A DNA stretch of 64,000 nt from a virus. The notes under the pieces are model-generated. The model made no database searches and was not told where the DNA came from. It was given only the letters and a program-made list of their open reading frames with translations. Where the stretch lies: the IMG/VR virus record IMGVR_UViG_3300042387_002391, one strand, 5' to 3'. The position numbers were made by a program, and so were the translations under genes. Of the stretch, positions 61,192 to 64,000 are shown piece by piece. Each line of letters opens with the position of its first letter. Within the stretch, counting starts at the first letter, position 1.

Positions 61192-61812
61192 TTATTTAAT
61201 GGCGTTCAGATTATTTTTCTTCTTTCTAATCATATTAAATTGATTAAATTGAAAATCCGCAGTAGTTTCAAGAATTTCTCCGTCTCTATAAGAATAGTTA
61301 ATTCCTCTCAAATTTGTAATAAAAGCATTGTGATAAACAAATTCGACAACAGTTTCATTATATTCATTCAGTGCAAGAATTGAAAAAGTGGTTTGATATT
61401 CATTAACCATTCCGCTTTCCATGCTTGCTGCAGCAGTCATCAAAGCTCCTGGTGTTCCATCATAAATACTCAAGCGCGGATCATTCAAAACAGCAAGCCA
61501 TCTCCACAACACATAATAATTTTTATAATCATTATCAACAACAAAGTTAACAGAAATTGGGGGATGGTTTGGACGATGGTGTGAAGAAAAGTTCAGTGTC
61601 TGACCGACCCAATCTACTTCCACGGCTGGTACAGTAATGTCTGGCACAATTGTTCCGTGAACACTAATTTGCACAGAATCAATATCTAAGTCTGGATCGG
61701 TTTTGCTCATCTCTCTTAAAATCTTCGGAAGAGTTAAGACAAGAATAAACTTATCCTTCGAAGCAACGTTCAAAGGAGACTGGAGTGTTGGATTTTGGCA
61801 AATTTCAGACAT
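61192..61812 (-). CDS. gp3-like tail completion protein (tube-like fold)
   Basis: VPDITVP, VNFVVDNDYKNY..LWRWL, ADFQF. Confidence 0.65.
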   Translation of the reverse strand: MSEICQNPTLQSPLNVASKDKFILVLTLPKILREMSKTDPDLDIDSVQISVHGTIVPDITVPAVEVDWVGQTLNFSSHHRPNHPPISVNFVVDNDYKNYYVLWRWLAVLNDPRLSIYDGTPGALMTAAASMESGMVNEYQTTFSILALNEYNETVVEFVYHNAFITNLRGINYSYRDGEILETTADFQFNQFNMIRKKKNNLNAIK

Positions 61813-63775
61813 CTTGGTTGTAATATGTGTATCCCATTTCTAGGAGCGATTCTTCATCTAAATCATACTTATCAAGAGTTTCAAGTTCTTTCTGAGTAAT
61901 TCCGAGAGCTGGATATGCAAGATTTTCTTCAGCAGCTGGTTTCGGAACAACTGAAGGATTTTTACTAAGATCTTTCAAATCATAATTTTCTGTAAAGTTT
62001 TCCCAGTAACCATTCGGAACAATTTTTAAAGGATGGTTCTGTAAGTCAAAATCTACAATCTGAAAGTATTGTTCGACTATTTCGGTTTTGAGAATGAATA
62101 AAGCCCAAGTAAGAGCCATAATTCTATCGTCGAAGAATTTATCTGTTCTTTTTTTATAAACGCCATTTGGATGTTTCACAAATGTTTCAAACTCAGAAAT
62201 TGTTTGCGGGTCGTTTATTTGTACGCATTGCAAATGATTTACCCAATATCTCATATTTCCAATTCCGTCACTTCTGATATTTGTATGAGAAAGTACTCCA
62301 AGATTTCTTGTTGTATTGTATTTGTCTGAAGTAGATATTTTTGAATATGCAACAATTTTTTCGTAATTGTGATGATAATGCAGAGCATCAATAACTTGGG
62401 CACCGCAATTGTTTCTTTCAATCAGTATTGGAGGCACACCCCAAGATTGTCCGATTGTTAGCAGTTTATTTGCAAAGTGGTATGGTTCAATAACTGCTGA
62501 ACCGTATACAGCCACTTGCTGAATGTTTTGAAGATCCGTTACATCAAGAATTTGAGCAACAGATGCTGCTCTTCCAATACCTTCTCCAACGTCTACTCCG
62601 ATTACATAAAGTTTATTCTTATCGGGATATTCAAAGACGCTGTAGTCACCTTCTTCTGAAGTCCAAATCGGAGGCTTTTTAGTTTGTTTAAATCTTTCTA
62701 TGAGAAGTGCTCCAACTGCTGAGGTGGAGTCGTCAAGGAAGCAATTATGAACTAGCACGCCGTTTGCATAGTAACAAGAACCATCAACACTTATGAGATC
62801 ATATACCCATCTTTTTTGTTTGATCTTTTTTATGTTAGTAATCTTTTGCAGTTCTCCTCGCTCTCCTTCTAAAAAATCTCCTACGCTTAGCGAATCAGCT
62901 ATCTTGAGTTCTCCTTCTACGATAAACGGATGCTTTAGTGACGCAACTATTTTTGTTCTGTCTGTTGTAAACTCTAAAACATTTTTCTTGAGTCTCTGAA
63001 CTCCTTTAAATGAACGAAGTCCCCAAGGTGTAGACACTTTTAAATTTTTGTCGTTAATAGCTACATTTTCTGAGAGCAATTCTTTAAAAAGATCGTATAA
63101 GTCTCGGATTTTATAAAATTTTGAATCTCCTTCGTTGCTTATGTAAACTTGTGACGAACCTCCTACGCAATTGTTAAATTCTTGCAAGAACTTTTCTTCT
63201 GATCCGAGAGCAGCAATCATTGTCTCTTTCCATGCTTGATCTCTTCCAGGAACTTCCCACCAATCAATTCTTTCTGCTTTCCAAGGCGGATTTAAGTTCT
63301 GTTCAGCCTGTGAATATATTTCGTAAAATTTATTTCCGACTCCCTGTGGCGTACTCACCAGTAATATTTTAGACTTTTTGCCAGACGAAATTGTAGGAAT
63401 AACCGATGACCAAAATTCTTCAAGCAAGTGTGTATTGTGATGGAGAACTCCGTTTGAGTAAAACATCCGACTAGGCACATCAACAATATCATACACAAAA
63501 TCTTTGTTTTTCAGCTTTTCTTTTGCAATAACTTTATCGAGACCACTCTTTGTTTGAATAATTCTATTCTTGCAATTTCTAACAAGCAAACTATCGCCCT
63601 TTTTGTCTATTAGTGAATGGTTTGCTGACGCTTTAAATGTTAAGCCAGATCTCGTTGTAATTTTATAAATGGACTTTGGTCGGTATTTGGCAACACCTTT
63701 AAAAACTTCCCATCCATTAGGCGTTTCTATTTTTATGCCTTTTGTATTTGGTTTAAACTCAATTAAATCCTTCAT
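61805..63775 (-). CDS. terL: Terminase large subunit, C-terminal part (IntC + ATPase C-half + mini-intein + nuclease)
   Basis: PTISSG..SKILLVSTPQG, IDWWEVPGRD, QEF, GVDVGEG, IERNN, DDRIMAL. Confidence 0.92.
   Translation of the reverse strand: MKDLIEFKPNTKGIKIETPNGWEVFKGVAKYRPKSIYKITTRSGLTFKASANHSLIDKKGDSLLVRNCKNRIIQTKSGLDKVIAKEKLKNKDFVYDIVDVPSRMFYSNGVLHHNTHLLEEFWSSVIPTISSGKKSKILLVSTPQGVGNKFYEIYSQAEQNLNPPWKAERIDWWEVPGRDQAWKETMIAALGSEEKFLQEFNNCVGGSSQVYISNEGDSKFYKIRDLYDLFKELLSENVAINDKNLKVSTPWGLRSFKGVQRLKKNVLEFTTDRTKIVASLKHPFIVEGELKIADSLSVGDFLEGERGELQKITNIKKIKQKRWVYDLISVDGSCYYANGVLVHNCFLDDSTSAVGALLIERFKQTKKPPIWTSEEGDYSVFEYPDKNKLYVIGVDVGEGIGRAASVAQILDVTDLQNIQQVAVYGSAVIEPYHFANKLLTIGQSWGVPPILIERNNCGAQVIDALHYHHNYEKIVAYSKISTSDKYNTTRNLGVLSHTNIRSDGIGNMRYWVNHLQCVQINDPQTISEFETFVKHPNGVYKKRTDKFFDDRIMALTWALFILKTEIVEQYFQIVDFDLQNHPLKIVPNGYWENFTENYDLKDLSKNPSVVPKPAAEENLAYPALGITQKELETLDKYDLDEESLLEMGYTYYNQDV
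62744..63169 (-). mobile_element. Contiguous mini-intein (142 aa, no endonuclease)
   Basis: QEFNN/CVGGSS...SLKHPF...VYDL...YYANGVLVHN/CFLD. Confidence 0.9.
63434..63775 (-). mobile_element. C-fragment (114 aa) of an atypically split intein, Thr at +1
   Basis: MKDLIEFKPNTKGIKIETPNGW...SANH...VYDIV...FYSNGVLHHN/T. Confidence 0.88.
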
Positions 63776-64000
63776 AATTGATTATATAACTCATCTATGG
63801 TTGAAGAAACAATTTGATTTTCAGAGTTCATCAGATTAATTTTTGAGTCTCCTTGGAGACACTCTATGAACGCACATTCGTCAACCATGACGCAATTATG
63901 CGCTTGCAAACCGTTTGCAAAAAAGTGATGGTGCTCTGTCTCAATTACATCAAAAACTTCTGTTAGTTTATTCTTAGAAATTTCTTCAATCGAAATTATT
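63772..64000 (-). CDS. terL: Terminase large subunit, N-terminal part (start outside the window)
   Basis: Manual translation ...FFANGLQAHN CVMVDECAFIE CLQGDSKINL...ELYNQL*; Walker B VMVDE. Confidence 0.88.
   Translation of the reverse strand, partial: IISIEEISKNKLTEVFDVIETEHHHFFANGLQAHNCVMVDECAFIECLQGDSKINLMNSENQIVSSTIDELYNQL
63775..63861 (-). mobile_element. N-fragment (29 aa) of the atypically split intein
   Basis: CLQGDSKINLMNSENQIVSSTIDELYNQL, then TGA overlapping the IntC ATG. Confidence 0.88.
63895..64000 (-). mobile_element. C-terminal end of a third intein
   Basis: IISIEEI...VFDVIETEHHHFFANGLQAHN/C. Confidence 0.85.

Noticed and set aside
914-62999. Many short antisense or alternate-frame ORFs in the track (e.g. 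914-1198, 1701-1997, 2744-3313, 59029-60808, 62793-62999)
   Set aside because: They are shadows of longer motif-bearing genes and have no independent support
1-64000. tRNA, rRNA or group I intron
   Set aside because: No cloverleaf, T-loop or intron core noticed by eye, and intergenic gaps are small; tRNAscan/Infernal were not run

Overview
AT-rich segment of a large T4-like (myovirus) phage genome, standard genetic code, almost all genes on the minus strand. Right end: a terminase large subunit split over two ORFs and carrying three inteins (one naturally and atypically split), then a gp3-like tail completion protein, tail sheath, an inverted Hef-like endonuclease, tail tube and a Dps-like protein. 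Left end: a gp5-like baseplate spike missed by the ORF track, with two peptidoglycan-hydrolase domains inserted inside its OB-fold, plus other virion genes. Between them lie about 49 kb of small accessory genes, many behind sigma70-type promoters placed 6-7 nt from the ATG (leaderless). This region holds thyX, two deaminases, an RNA ligase, kinases and phosphoesterases, eight YopX paralogs, many duplicated genes, several pseudogenes, and a tnpA-less TnpB element that interrupts a gene and carries a near-copy of the tail-tube late promoter followed by a three-way-junction RNA. No tRNA, rRNA or CRISPR array was seen. All calls come from reading motifs by eye; no database searches were run.
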